NCBI RefSeq assembly: GCF_018350175.1
Contig: NC_058368.1
Span: 49,725,815 to 49,789,814, forward strand
Length of the DNA stretch: 64,000 bases
Direction of reading: 5' to 3'
Source: Felis catus
Lineage: Eukaryota
Shown here piece after piece: positions 39,370 through 51,932 of this stretch. The notes below the pieces were generated by a model. It was given only the letters and a program-made list of their open reading frames with translations. It did no database searches and was not told where the DNA came from. The position numbers and the translations under genes were made by a program. The number at the start of each line of letters is the position of its first letter. Within the stretch, counting starts at the first letter, position 1.

Positions 39370-39600
39370 GAGTACCTATCACCTTCTATATACTATGTTG
39401 AGCATTTTATAGTGCATTATCTCATTTAATCCTCACAGAGTCTCCAAGGTGGATATAGTTACTTAGCTCAACTTTACAGTTAAGGAGACTGAAGTTCTGA
39501 TTACGTTGCCAAAGTTTACACTGCTAGTTCAAGGACTGGGCAGCAATTTGAACCCAAGAATTTCAACTTAGCAGTGGAACTCTTGAGCTCATATTCACTG
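39370..39600 (-). mobile_element. MIR SINE relic
   Basis: attatctcatttaatcctcac...aggagactgaag...atttgaacccaag. Confidence 0.7.
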
Positions 39601-39996
39601 TTATCTCCTGTAAACAGAACTTGGTGAAAAGTGGAATTGCTAATAAAACTAAGCAGCCTACACTGGTAATTTTTCAAATGTCCTGCAAAGAACCTGATCA
39701 AGGTTCTTTCAGTTCTTCAGTTCTATGCCTAACAACAGACACTTCCAGTAATAAACTATATTTGTGGCGGATCAATGGTTTGGTTCATGTGCGTGGCCAA
39801 GAGGAAACTATTGTGAGGACCAGGTTGTTTTTCCCATTATTTTTTAGCTGCTATTTCCAGGCCAACCTCCCTGCTTATCTTAAACAGGTTATTTGGTCAC
39901 AATAAGGAGACTGGTCAGACAGAAATCAAGTCATTTCCATTATTAGAAAAGCACTTAAATCACACATTTTAGTCAGAGCAGTGTTTTATCCATGTG

Positions 39997-39999
<3 letters not shown>

Positions 40000-40030
<31 letters not shown>
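40000..40030. repeat. (GT)n microsatellite
   Basis: Perfect GT run. Confidence 0.95.
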
Positions 40031-40031
<1 letters not shown>

Positions 40032-40076
40032 TGCGGACACAAAGAAAAACAAATTTACTTTAAAATTATACTCTAG

Positions 40077-40307
40077 GGGCACGTGGGTGGCTCCGCTGGT
40101 TAAGTATCAAGCTCGTGATTCCGGCTCAGGTCATGATCTCACGGTTCATGAGTTTGAGCCCTGTGTCAGGCTCTGTGCTGACAGTGCAGATCTTACCTGG
40201 GATTCTCTGTCTCTCTCTCCCCCTCTCTGCCCCTCCTCTGTTTGTACGCACACACTTGCCCCCTATCGCTCTCTTTCTCTCTATCTCAAAAATAAATAAT
40301 TTTAAAA

Positions 40308-40341
<34 letters not shown>
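40077..40341 (+). mobile_element. Can-SINE with (TAAA)n tail
   Basis: ggggcacgtgggtggctc head; TSD aaaattata/gctcta. Confidence 0.92.
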
Positions 40342-40342
<1 letters not shown>

Positions 40343-41829
40343 AATTATGCTCTATCGTGGTCATTAATTCACACATTTCAACAAGGAAGGACAATGGATA
40401 GTACTCTGAGGGAAGCATAAAATGAGAACTCTTTTCCAATGATGCATACTTTATATTGATAAATGTTCCTCTTTTGGAAACATTTATCTATACATAAACA
40501 CATTAGTGAATATTTCCCTTCTATAAAACTTCAACTAATGAAAAAGCAACAAATACCCAGAATACAGGACTCTGTCTTTTCACCTCTGAGCAGACAGCTT
40601 TTCCAGTTTAACTGTCTGATGATTTGGTAATACATGTGGCACGCCTCTTCCCCTGGACCCACTTTTTAATTGTTAATGAGCTGAGCTTCTGAGCATTTTA
40701 AAAACATATCCTATTTCATAAACAGCTATAGTTAGTTAAATCAACTGTCTTCACATTTAAAAATGGCAGCAATTATGAGCCAAAATCTGTGGCTGGAGTG
40801 CCAATTTTCTACCATATAACTCAGAATGAAAATGATACACTGATCAGTTTTAGAGGTACACAAAACCCCTCTTCTGAGTAACCTTTAACACACCACGGAT
40901 AGCTGCCAACCTTCCCCTTAAGTCCATTCTGCTGCACATGGTGCAAGCAAGATCTTGTTGGGTCACATAATTTATGGCACTTGGCAGCACTGTGGGGCAC
41001 AAAAGCTACACCATCCGCCTCGACCAAAATAGATGGGCTGTGTGTGCCCTTGCCGACAGAGTTGTTGCAGCCACTCAAGGCTATGTATGTGGCACTTCAA
41101 AGTCAGCCGTGCAAGTGCTGTGCAGACGCCAAAGTACTAAATGGGGATGAGGAGAGTAATACTCTAAGCACCCTCGGGTCATTCCAAAAATGACAAGGGT
41201 TTCAGAGCTTCCCACTGTCTGGACCATCTCCTATCTACACTGTGATACTTTCCCAACATAGTGACATTTCATCCTCGTACTGATGTGAGATAGGCACAGT
41301 ATCAGGATGCCCATTTCACAAATGGGGAAACTGGCTTAGAAGAAAATAATTTGTCCGGGATCATACATATAAAACCTACTAGGGCCAGGTCTTGAATTCA
41401 GGTCCCCAGACCACCTACTTAAATGGCCTTTCTACTAAAATTCTCACTAAATACAATGGGAGATAGGAGAAGGAGGGCGGGGAGGAGGGGAGGAGGGGAG
41501 GAGGGCAGGAGGGAGTGAGAAAAGGAAGGAGAGAGAAAGAAGGAACACAAGTAACAAGGAACACAAGTAACAAGGAACAAGAAAAAGATAGGACAATTTT
41601 ATGAAATGGTGCCTTAACACACTTCTGATGAATCTTGTAGAATACCCTTTTCCTACATTGTGTCTTCTGCTGATAATAGGGTTGGTAGCTGATCACTTTA
41701 ATTAAGAGAAATATTTATAAAGTATTTTGAGTTCAGGCAAAGAAGAAAGAACAAGAACACCCTACATCAGAAGGTACTATGTCCTAATGCTCCCCTGCAC
41801 CTCACTTTCCTGACCCTAATACTTTTGAC

Positions 41830-42729
41830 GACAACAGGCTAGTGATTTTGTAGACCGTCCCTCAATTTGGGTTTGTTGATTCTACCTCATGATTAGATTC
41901 AGGTACTGCTCCTTTGGCAGGAGTACCACAGAAGTTCTGTACTCTCTGTATCAAGTTGCACAAGATTTCAATTTGTCTCATTGCTGACGACGTTCCCTTG
42001 GGTCACTTGACTGAGGTGGTGTCTGCCAGTCTTCTCCACTGTGAAGTTACTACTCTCCTCTTTGTTATTAAAAAGTATTAATTAAATCCAGTAAATACCC
42101 TGATCATGATCAACGTCCAAGGTACTCATTTATGTTTCCTATCAGAGTGGGCTCGTCGTTTCCTACTTCATGCAACAGGTTACAATCCTTGGCTATCATT
42201 TATTTTGACGTTTATATTGCCTCAGATGTCAAGTGTGGGAGCCCTTCAAGGCCTTTTTAAAACTTTTTTAAAAATGTGTTTATTTATTTTTGAGAGAGAG
42301 CTGACAGGGGAGGGGCAGAGAAGGGGAGAGAGAGAATCCCAAGCAGGATCCACACTGTCGGCGCAGAGCATGATCTGGGGCTCAAACCCACGTACCATGA
42401 GATCATAAACTGAGCTGAAATCAGGTCGGACGCTTAACCGACTGAGCCATTCAGATGCCCCTCAAGGTTTTTATGACATACCACCATCTTTCTTTGAGCA
42501 TTCCCTTATTATCTAAAATACCAACATGCTCTGTTTATCGTCTACTTCCTTTTGAAGTCCTGGAATCAGCCATTTCTCCCAGGATCCCAGTTCCCTCTTG
42601 TAGAATGATATGCAGAAACCAAACCTTGGGTGCTTGGTGTCACCCAAGCAGGCTTAATTTATTCTCTGTTATTTGCAGAAAAGCTGTTCCCAGCTCCTAT
42701 CAGTGGACAGAGCCAGGGACCACATACAG

Positions 42730-42766
<37 letters not shown>

Positions 42767-43400
42767 TTAATACATATACATGCATTACATATTATACATA
42801 AAACTCTAGTATTCAAAAATATATAGATAGATAACCAGGATTCCACACTGTTACCTCTGAGTTGAATCCAACAACATGGGATTTATTCTAATTTCTTCCC
42901 TTTTCATATTTGTAATTTCCTTTTACTAAATCCTTAATACGTTTACATATTTGACCAGTCCCCTGTGTGTTAAAATCTCCACAACTGACACCTCACAGAC
43001 ACTCTCCTCATCCTACTCAGGTTCCAACACCCCATATCAGGGGTGCCACGCCCACCCACAGAGGCCATCCCCACCCTGCTCAGACTCTAACTCCTCATAG
43101 CAGCACCTTGAATGCCTTCTCCCCTCCACTCACTCTCACTCTGACATCCTGCACTGGGCCATCCCTATGCAGGACTGGCCTCCTCATCGGCTAAGGCTCA
43201 GACTTCCTGAACCAGGTTACCCTCTTAAGTTGACACACTCCTCACCACACTCTGGTTTTCACAGGTTGCATTGGGCCATCCCACACACAGCACCCCACAG
43301 GCTCTATCTCTCTGCTCTGAGCCACTGTAACTCTCCCACCCTCCAGCCCTAACACCTCTACCTTGCCTGATTTCATCTGACAGTTTTGGACTGAACCATT
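41830..43400 (-). mobile_element. Ancient L1MC-like 3' region interrupted by a SINE (approximate limits)
   Basis: ctcaatttgggtttg...gattagattcagg...cacttgactgaggtggtgtctgccag motifs typical of antisense L1MC 3' UTR; (CA)n at about 42735-42763. Confidence 0.55.
42264..42461 (-). mobile_element. Can-SINE
   Basis: Reverse complement body ending ctgagccattcagatgcccc. Confidence 0.9.
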
Positions 43401-43848
43401 CAGGAAGAGAATAATGGAAGGGAAGAGAAATCACTTTGATTTTAAAATAAAATATACAAATTTATTAAATGGAATATGTAGATTTCTATTAATTTACACT
43501 GTTTTCAGCATTTCCTGTCAGCTCCTAATAATAGCAAAATGAAGTATTTTGAGTTCCCATATATATATATGTATATATATAGATTTCCCCATATATATAT
43601 GTATATATATACATATATTTACATATTTATATATATTTCTACTACTAAATCTCTTGCTCAAACTTAGATATTAGAAGCACCAGAATAAATCATGAGATTA
43701 CTTTAAATAATTTAACTATGTTAAAGCGATCTTTGTGGTTTGTTTTTTTTGAAAGGAAATATTCTGTGGTGAGACAGTTGAGAATGAAGTAAAGCAGTTA
43801 GTAAACACAGACATCAATATCTAATTAAGAGTCTCTGTTTAATCTTAC

Positions 43849-43968
43849 CCTTGAGAAGATATTTTCCAGGGAGCTAGTTAAAGATCTCTTAGCTTTATTT
43901 TTCAGAATGTCAAGTTTGAACCTTCCACTGCTTGTTGCATTTTCCGGGATGGTACTATTTGAAATTGT
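43849..43968 (-). CDS. TBC1D4: TBC1D4 exon 8 (KRSLTSSL, Thr568/Ser570 equivalents); not in ORF track
   Basis: [48 protein letters not shown]; 120 nt, phase 0/0. Confidence 0.96.
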
Positions 43969-45924
43969 CTATAGAAAGAAAAACAGATAAATTTTAGTTT
44001 GGAAACATTCAGGGTTAAATGAGCCTTTAAATACAGGCTTGACTAAGCCATTAAAAACCATAAGAATTCTTCTGGAGTTCTATTAAGGAGTAATAATTTA
44101 GGTCCCACACTGTGAGCATACAGATTGTAAGGACAGGGGGTTACTTTTTAATATTGCAAGTAATAAAAAAACACAGAAGATCTCTCCTTTATGCCTTTCC
44201 TTTCTGCTAATATATTCCTGCTGCATTTAACAAAAATTTAAACTTGACACGTCAATTTTTACTGCCATTTTGACTAACAACTATAACCATCCCTCTTCAA
44301 GCCACATATTTTATACCCAAATTATGAAGGAAAACATAGAAAAAAAGTTTCAAAGAACAAAGCATCTAGTGAAACTGAATTCTGCTGATGCCTCTGTTAA
44401 AATCCCATTTTCATTTGTGAGTGGGTCATTTCTTTCAGATCAACAAATACTCATAGATACTACAAACTGTATCAGAATCTACAATATGTCCACTATATTA
44501 GATTCTCTATTTTATCCTAGTGCACTAAAAAGCTACTATGGTTCCTAGTGGTAGAAAATTTCCAAGAAAGAAACTTTATTATTTGTTTGAGAAAGAAATG
44601 TATTCACATTAAACAGCAACACAAAACAACATGTATCAAATCTGGAAGTGTGAAGACTGGTTGTGGGTCTCAGGAATCAAAAGATTGGTTGTGGGTCTCA
44701 GTGGTCAGGAATAAAAAGATAGGCAAGATTCAGACAGGCAGAAAAAAAAGGGAATGAAGATGGTCCTGGCACTGGGGATGACAGCAAAATCATAAAGACC
44801 AATGCCCATGGGGCAGTGAGACAGTGCAGGTGTTTGGTTAAAACAAAAGAAAGTAGTGGAAGGTTAACTTGGAAAAGTGAGGCTGGATATGAAACCTTGA
44901 ATGGGAGGAATCACGGATCAGATTTTATAAGCAGAGGGGCATCACAAAGTAATGTCTGGGGGAAAGATTTATTGGAAAGCAATATTCAAAAATCATGGGA
45001 AGGACAGGGAAATCAGAGAATGAAAGACCAGACAGGAAAATTCAGCACAGTCATTAGAATTGGCTCCATGGGGTTAAGAAGTTACTGATTAAAAAAATAT
45101 ATATACGATCCCCCTCAAGAAAGGAAGGAAAGCCATGGATACGGATGTGAGCTGGACTGGGCTGGGGTGTATATAAAGGATTAGGAGGGCATTCTTGTCA
45201 GGCTTTCAGGCAAAGAACATGACTAAAATAGAGAAATTGTAATGGTGCTTAGCACGATGCTTGACACCGTAGATGCTCAGTAAATACCAGGTAAATAAAT
45301 GGAAAGAAGAAAGGAAGGGTGGGGGGAAGAGAGAAAGTGAGGGAGAACTTACTAAAATCCCAAGACTTTATGTTTCTTGACCTTCCTATATCACTGGACA
45401 TGGCTGATCTTCTAACTTGAACTTTTCTCCTACCTTGGTCACCCACCATGGCAAATCTCATTCATTCTCTTTCTGTCTTTTTCACTGGCACCATTTTAAT
45501 TCCCTCATTGCCTGACATGCAGGTGTCCCTCGGTACCTCCGCCTTCGATTTCAAGTCTATGCCAGAGCCCAGTGTCTTCCATATTTACACCATGAACTCA
45601 AATTCCTCTGTGGGCACCAAATCCATTTTTCTAATTAAATCTCAAACACATTTCTAAAATTGAACTCTTATTTCTTATTTCCATCCCTTTCCCCACTCTT
45701 GTTTTCTTTCTACATGTTCTAGTTTCATACAGTTCCCCCAAATCTGCAACTGTGTGGCCTCTACTAGCAATCCCCTTTCCCTTCCTTGACACATGTTCCC
45801 AGTCACCACGTCCCAATGATCACGCCTCCTAAATGGTTCTTGCCTCATTCCCTTTCCCATATCTCCAGTAGTGCTCTAGCTCAGCTTCTCTCCAAGACAA
45901 AATAAATTATTTTTTTTAAGTTCA

Positions 45925-45936
45925 CTTATTTATTTT

Positions 45937-45982
<46 letters not shown>

Positions 45983-46153
45983 ATGCGCAAAAGTGGGGGA
46001 GGGGCAGAGAGAAGGAGAGACAGACTCCCAAGCAGGCTCCGCATCATCCACCAAGAGCCTGATGCAGGGCTTGAACTCACAAACTATGAGCTCATGACCC
46101 AAGCTGAGATCAAGAGTTGGACACTTAATCGACTGTGCCACGCAGGCACCCCC
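45925..46153 (-). mobile_element. Can-SINE with (GA)n tract
   Basis: (GA)n about 45943-45980; head gccacgcaggcacccc. Confidence 0.92.
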
Positions 46154-47666
46154 AAAATAAATTCTTAAAGACAGAATCACTCAATCTATTTTTGTATAGG
46201 TGTTGTCCCTCTCTGGTACATGCTTATATCATTGTCCCAATCCTGCCGTATATCTCCATATTTTACTTTATTTGATTACATGTCAGTTTCTCCTCCTCAA
46301 CAGTTAGATGGCAGAAAAGAGCTGTCATTATTCAACCCCATTGCCTAGTACCTAGTACGCAACTTGATAACAGTTTGTGCAATAACTAAATGAGTTACTT
46401 CTTGCATATTCTATTATAAAATTCTCCGGATTTGAGAATGTGACTTCAGTCCTAACACTGTCAACCTCCTCACCCATCAACCTGTCCCACAAGTCAACCA
46501 TCACTATAACAGCAGAATTATCTCTTTAAATTACAAACCTGATCTCACACTCTTACTTGAAACCTTTCAATGACAAAGTCAGGCTGAGCACTTAAGGCTC
46601 TTCATCATCTCACTGCTGCCTATCCTTCTAGCCATTATTTCCCCATCAATCCCCAGGTACATCCTAAAAATCCATTAAGTATGTTGAAGGCCTGCATGAA
46701 GTATGTCGTGCTCACAGCTACCGCAAAACTTTGTGCTCAATGTCCCTTCCTTTAAAAACACTCCCTCGAATTTTTCAATGAACAAACCATCTCCCCTAAA
46801 ACTTCAGCCTCCCCCAAATTTCTTCTTCTTGAATTATTTAATTCTTCCCTCTTTCCTTACTCTCCATTCTGGCTCTAAAGCAAAAACATAGCTATTTTTG
46901 AGCTCACTGCACTTCTTTTAAAAAGCCACTTTGTTACCTCTATTCTATGTGTCCATTTATCTGTCTGCATTCCCCTTTCCAATATTTGAGCTCTTTCCAA
47001 GGAAGATTCATTCATCTCTTTTTTGTTCACCATTATCACACAGCTTAGCTCATAGAAGGTTCTCTCGAAGAGACTATTCAATGCATACAATTCAGGAATC
47101 ACTAATAAAGTGATATGTGATTTGTTCTGAATAGAGTGAAATACAGACTAATCTGAATTAGTGTTACTAAGTAAATATGTCATCGTCTCCCTACATACGT
47201 TATTGGTGTCTTGCTTTATTTACATGCAACTGGAAACACATTCTCCACCACATGCACAAAAATACCATATCTTCCTTTGCAGCTAAAAGGGGTGTTTCCA
47301 AAATACTACTGCTTCTTTGGGTATTTGCTATTTACCCTTCAAGCCTGTGTAAACTTTTAACGAAATAAAATGTTCATATGAATTTGAAATAAAATGGGTT
47401 AATATAACTAAAACTGCATGTTCATTCTAAATCATGAACACTTACTATTACTGTTTTTATAACATTAATCCTTTTTTTCACATTTTAAAACTCACCATTA
47501 TTTTATCTCAATGTTAAAACCTCCCATAAATAGCTGAAAAATAAATCTGATAGGACTTTAGCCCTAACGATAAGAACACAAAGAAACTCCTTTCACATCT
47601 TCTGTGATATTTTGAGTAAATACATAAACAAAACAAAAGTAGGTCCAGGAAAAGAAAACATCTCAC

Positions 47667-47777
47667 CGATGGGCCTTCTCCAATGTGAATGTGTGTCCTC
47701 TGCTTGGCCTCACACAGCTGCCTCAAATGTAAAATCACAAGTTCATTCTCTTCCTGGTCGCTGACTGGCTTCATTTT
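47667..47777 (-). CDS. TBC1D4: TBC1D4 exon 7
   Basis: [45 protein letters not shown]; 111 nt, phase 0/0. Confidence 0.96.
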
Positions 47778-48066
47778 CTGTCCAACAGACAAACCAAGAG
47801 CACATGATGGCAACACAGCTTCTCTCATCTTATTGTATTCCCTCTTGGTTTTATGTGTCTGGCAGACAGACATAAATAACGCTAAGTGTTTCACTGCCCT
47901 TAGAAGCAAAAGTAACAGGGGCATTCTCATTACTATCATATACAGTTCAAGAGAATATATATCTTTAACTTCAGAGAGAGAAGCGAAAAAAAAAAAAACA
48001 CTTATAAAAACAGGATCCAATTCTCATTTCTTAAATCTTATTTGTGAGAACTATAAATTATGTTAC

Positions 48067-48158
48067 CTGGACGCGCTCAAAGATGTCTGCCTGCTCATTA
48101 TCTGTCAGTGAAGAGAGATGCCTCTGTATTACCAGCTTGGCTCGTGGAGGGTAGAGAC
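48067..48158 (-). CDS. TBC1D4: TBC1D4 exon 6; not in ORF track
   Basis: TAG|(G)[35 protein letters not shown]; 92 nt, phase 1/0. Confidence 0.96.
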
Positions 48159-48392
48159 CTATGGAAAATGATGGAGACAAGTATTAAACACAGTAGCTGA
48201 TGTATATATACATCAAAATGTATATATAATGCATTACAGACTGTCCCTTTAGCAGGCTCTGAAGCTAAATGTTCTCAAGGAAATGTGTTCCCACCCATAA
48301 CAAACCTTGGAAACCTACCATGAAATGATTAAAGCTAGATGGAAACCTTACCTAAATCAACAGACCCCTGTCAGTATCCTGAAGTCAGAATT

Positions 48393-48602
48393 ATTTTTTT
48401 AACCTTTTTAATGTTTATTTATTATTTTTGAGAGAGACAGACAGAACACAAGTGAGGGAGGGGCAGAGAGAGAGGGAGACACAGAATCTGAAGCTTCCAG
48501 CTGCCAGCACAGAGCCTGATGCGGGGCTCGAATGGACAAATCATGAGATCATGACCTAAGCCAAAGTCAGACGTTTAACCAGCTGAGCCACCCAGGCACC
48601 CC
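48393..48602 (-). mobile_element. Can-SINE
   Basis: TSD-like agtcagaattatt on both sides. Confidence 0.92.
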
Positions 48603-48764
48603 CTGGAGTCAGAATTATTAACAACAAGTTTTGAAATGATACCAAATCAACAGCATAACCAGGTACCGTTTAGTATACTAACAAACTTTGACACCACAGA
48701 AACTCGTGGGTGAACACTAGCCTTGGCCAAAATCTCTAAGCTTAAACATGACCAAAAAAAAAAA

Positions 48765-48942
48765 TTGTTTTAGAGAGAGAGAGAGAGCAGAGGGTCAGAA
48801 GGATGGGGAGAGAGAGAATCTTAAGAAGGCTCCATGCCCAGAGCAGAGCCTGGCACAGGGCTTGATCTCATGAAGGTGAAATCATGACCTGAACCGAAAT
48901 CAAGAGCAGGACGCTTAACCCACTGAGCCACCCAAGTAACCC
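48765..48942 (-). mobile_element. Can-SINE
   Basis: GA tract, acgcttaacccactgagccaccc head. Confidence 0.88.
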
Positions 48943-49379
48943 AACATAACATAATATTAATTTAATATTAATAATATTAAAAGGCAGAGCTCCAGCACAA
49001 ACAGAATCTCTCCTCATCATGCAGGTCTTGTTTCACAGAACAAAATTTCAAGAATACCAATAGTATTTAGTGACATTTTTAGTGTTAGTATTTTACCAAG
49101 AAATTGTTTACCTCTGTATATCATGTTATTTTTATATCTACCATACTCTTACACATAATTTATATCAAGTCCTTGGACAAAACATTTTTCCACGAAAACG
49201 TTTTTGGTTTTATAAATTTTTTTTAAAGAGAAAAGAGTTATTTTCCTCTGAGTGAGATAACACTGTTTGTATTTGCTTTATATTTTATTACCCAAGTAGT
49301 ATAAATTCCACATTTTTAAAATACTAGAACATTATAGATAGTGATAAATTTGCCTTTGATAGATACTAGAATCAGTGAG

Positions 49380-49982
49380 CAAAGGCATAAGAGATTTGTA
49401 CAGATTCAAAGTATCTTCCCTAAAATATTTGTTGGCTCCAGGGTGAAGAATAGTACTTTTATGGTGGAAAATTGCTGAGAGCACCTTGAGCAGGTGATAA
49501 GGCCAGCATGACCAGTAATAAACTCCTCAACATCATGAGTCTCATGACAGGATGCACTGAGAAGGAGGCTGCACCATTTCTACAGTGCTCTTGCTAGGGA
49601 GGAGTGCCCTCATTACAAAATTGAGAAGATATCAAACAGGCTGAACCAAGGGACAACCAGCAAAGTAATGGAGTGATGCTTTTGGGAATGTCAAGGTCAC
49701 AGAAGACAAGGAGACTGAGGAGGAGGGTGAAGTCACCACTACATATAAGGTAGAATCCTGACTGGGATCCTGGAATGAAAAGGACATGAATGAAAACACT
49801 GGTGAAGGATCAAATTAAATGTTTAGTTTGGATAATAATATTGTACCAATGTTAATTTCCTATGCTAAACATTGCACCGGGCTATAGAAGATGTTAACAA
49901 TTGGAAAGGATAGGGGTGAACATTTGGAAACTCTCTGCAACTGTCCTATTAATCTAAAAGTACACCAAATTAAAAGTTCTTT
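49380..49982 (+). mobile_element. Ancient L1MC-like 3' UTR
   Basis: aatagtactttatggtggaaa...caggtgataaggccagcatgaccagtaat...ttgtaccaatgttaatttcct motifs. Confidence 0.6.
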
Positions 49983-49999
49983 AAAAAAGAAATATAGGA

Positions 50000-50664
50000 A
50001 AAATGAACTATTGAGACCTCATCAAAATAAAAAGCTTCTGCGCAGCGAAAGAAACAATCAGCAAAACTAAAAGGCAACCAACCGATGGAATGGGAGAAAG
50101 ATATTTGCAAATGACATACCAGATAAAGAGTTAATATCCAAAATCTATAGAGAACTTATCAAACTCCAAACCCAAAAAAACAAATAATCCAGTGAAGAAA
50201 TGGGCAAAAGACATGAATAGACACTTCCTCAAAGAAGACATCCAGATGGCCAACCAACACATGAAAAAATGCTCAGCATCACTCATCAGGGAAATACAAA
50301 TCAAAACCACAATGAGATACCACCTCACACCTGTCAGAATGGCTAACATTAACAACTCAGGCAACAACAGATGTTGGCGAGGATGCAAAGAGGATCTCTT
50401 TTGCACTGCTGGTGGGAATGTAAACTGGTGTAGCCATTCTGGAAAACAGTATGGACGTTCCTCAAAAAATTAAAAATAGAACTACCCTACGATCCAGCAA
50501 TTGCATTACTAGGTATTTATCCAAGGGATACAGGTATGCTGTTTCGAAGGGGCACATGCATCCCAATGTTTATAGCAGCACTGTCAACAATAGCCAATGT
50601 ATGGCAAGAGCCCAAATGTCCATCGATGGATGAATGGATGAATGGATAAAGAAGATGTGGTCTG

Positions 50665-50702
<38 letters not shown>

Positions 50703-51077
50703 AACACAATGGAGTATTATTTGACAATCAAAAAGAATGAAATCTTGCCATTTGCAACTATGTGGATGCAACTAGAGGGTATTATGCTAAGCGAAATTAG
50801 TCAGAGAAAGACAAATATCATATGACTTCACTCATATGAGGACTTTAAGAGACAAAACAGATGAACATAAGGGAAGAGAAGCAAAAATAACATAAAAACA
50901 GGGAGGGGGACAAAATATAAGAGACTCTTAAACATGGAGAACAAACACAGGGTTACTGGAGGGGTTGTGAGAGGAGGGATGGGCTAAATGGGTAAGGGGC
51001 ACCAAGGAATCTACTCCTGAAATCATTGTTGCACTATACGCTAACTAACTTGGATATAAATTTAAAAAATAAATTAA
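50000..51077 (+). mobile_element. 5'-truncated felid L1 (ORF2 C-terminal remnant plus 3' UTR)
   Basis: Degraded ORF2 peptide [11 protein letters not shown]...[20 protein letters not shown]...CWRGC and KKNEILPFATMWMQLEGIMLSEISQ; 17-bp TSD aaaaaagaaatatagga at 49983-49999 and 51078-51094. Confidence 0.95.
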
Positions 51078-51709
51078 AAAAAAGAAATATAGGATATTAT
51101 GTATTTTTCCAGATAAAGCAAAGTGTATGTGTTATTCAGCAAATTATATTTTCACTCAATTATATAATTTAAAAATGTATCCAAGTTGATATACAGTTGA
51201 AATTCATTCCTATTAATTCATTGTATGAACATATTGCAGTTATGCTATTGATACACATTTGGGTTGTTTACAATTTCCCCTTATTTAAAAACAATACAAC
51301 CTTGAAAATGTCACCTTCTGAACCCATCTAAGAGTTTCTCTTATCAAGACAAGGAACTGGTGGGCAATTTTAGGTTAATACATTTCTATCAACTGTCCCC
51401 CAAAATGGCTACACCAATTTATATGACATTCAGCGTCACATAAATGTATCAATATCCCCACAATTTCACCAACAGTTAATCTGATGAGTATCTTACTGTT
51501 TTTTCCATTTTCATGTGTCTGACATCTAATAAGGCTGAGAATCTTCTCATTTTTATTATTGGACCTTTTAATTTCCTCTTTACACAAGTGTTTTTTAATA
51601 TGAATTGTGTCATTGCCTACTGGTAGTTTTATCTTTCTCTTTCACACAGTAAGTGTTCTTATAAATTCTGATTACCAATCTGCTATCTCCTTACCTCTTG
51701 TTTATTCTT

Positions 51710-51932
51710 CTTTTTTTTTTTTAATGTTTATTTATTTTTGGGAGAGGGAGAGACAGAGACAGAATGCGAGTGGATTAGGGGCAGAGAGAGAGGGAGACAC
51801 ACAAACCAAAGCAGGCTCCAGGCTCCGAGCTGTCAGCATACAGCCCGACATGGGGCTTGAACTCACAAGCTGTGAGATCGTGACCTGAGCCGAAGTCAGA
51901 CTTTCAACGGACTGAGCCACCCAGGAGCCCCC
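51710..51932 (-). mobile_element. Can-SINE
   Basis: T tail, head gccacccaggagcccc; TSD cctctt(g/a)tttatt. Confidence 0.92.

Noticed and set aside
47780..47788. CTGTTGGAC just before the acceptors of both exon 7 and microexon 12
   Set aside because: A single 9-mer match at slightly different offsets with no known motif; coincidence is the simplest explanation
47514..48111. Long ORFs of 168 aa (-) and 140 aa (+)
   Set aside because: Only the 37-codon exon 7 part is meaningful; the rest is intron, and retention of intron 6 hits GTA ACA TAA immediately
50131..50825. L1 ORF2-like ORFs as a functional protein
   Set aside because: 5'-truncated, frameshifted, lacks endonuclease and RT domains
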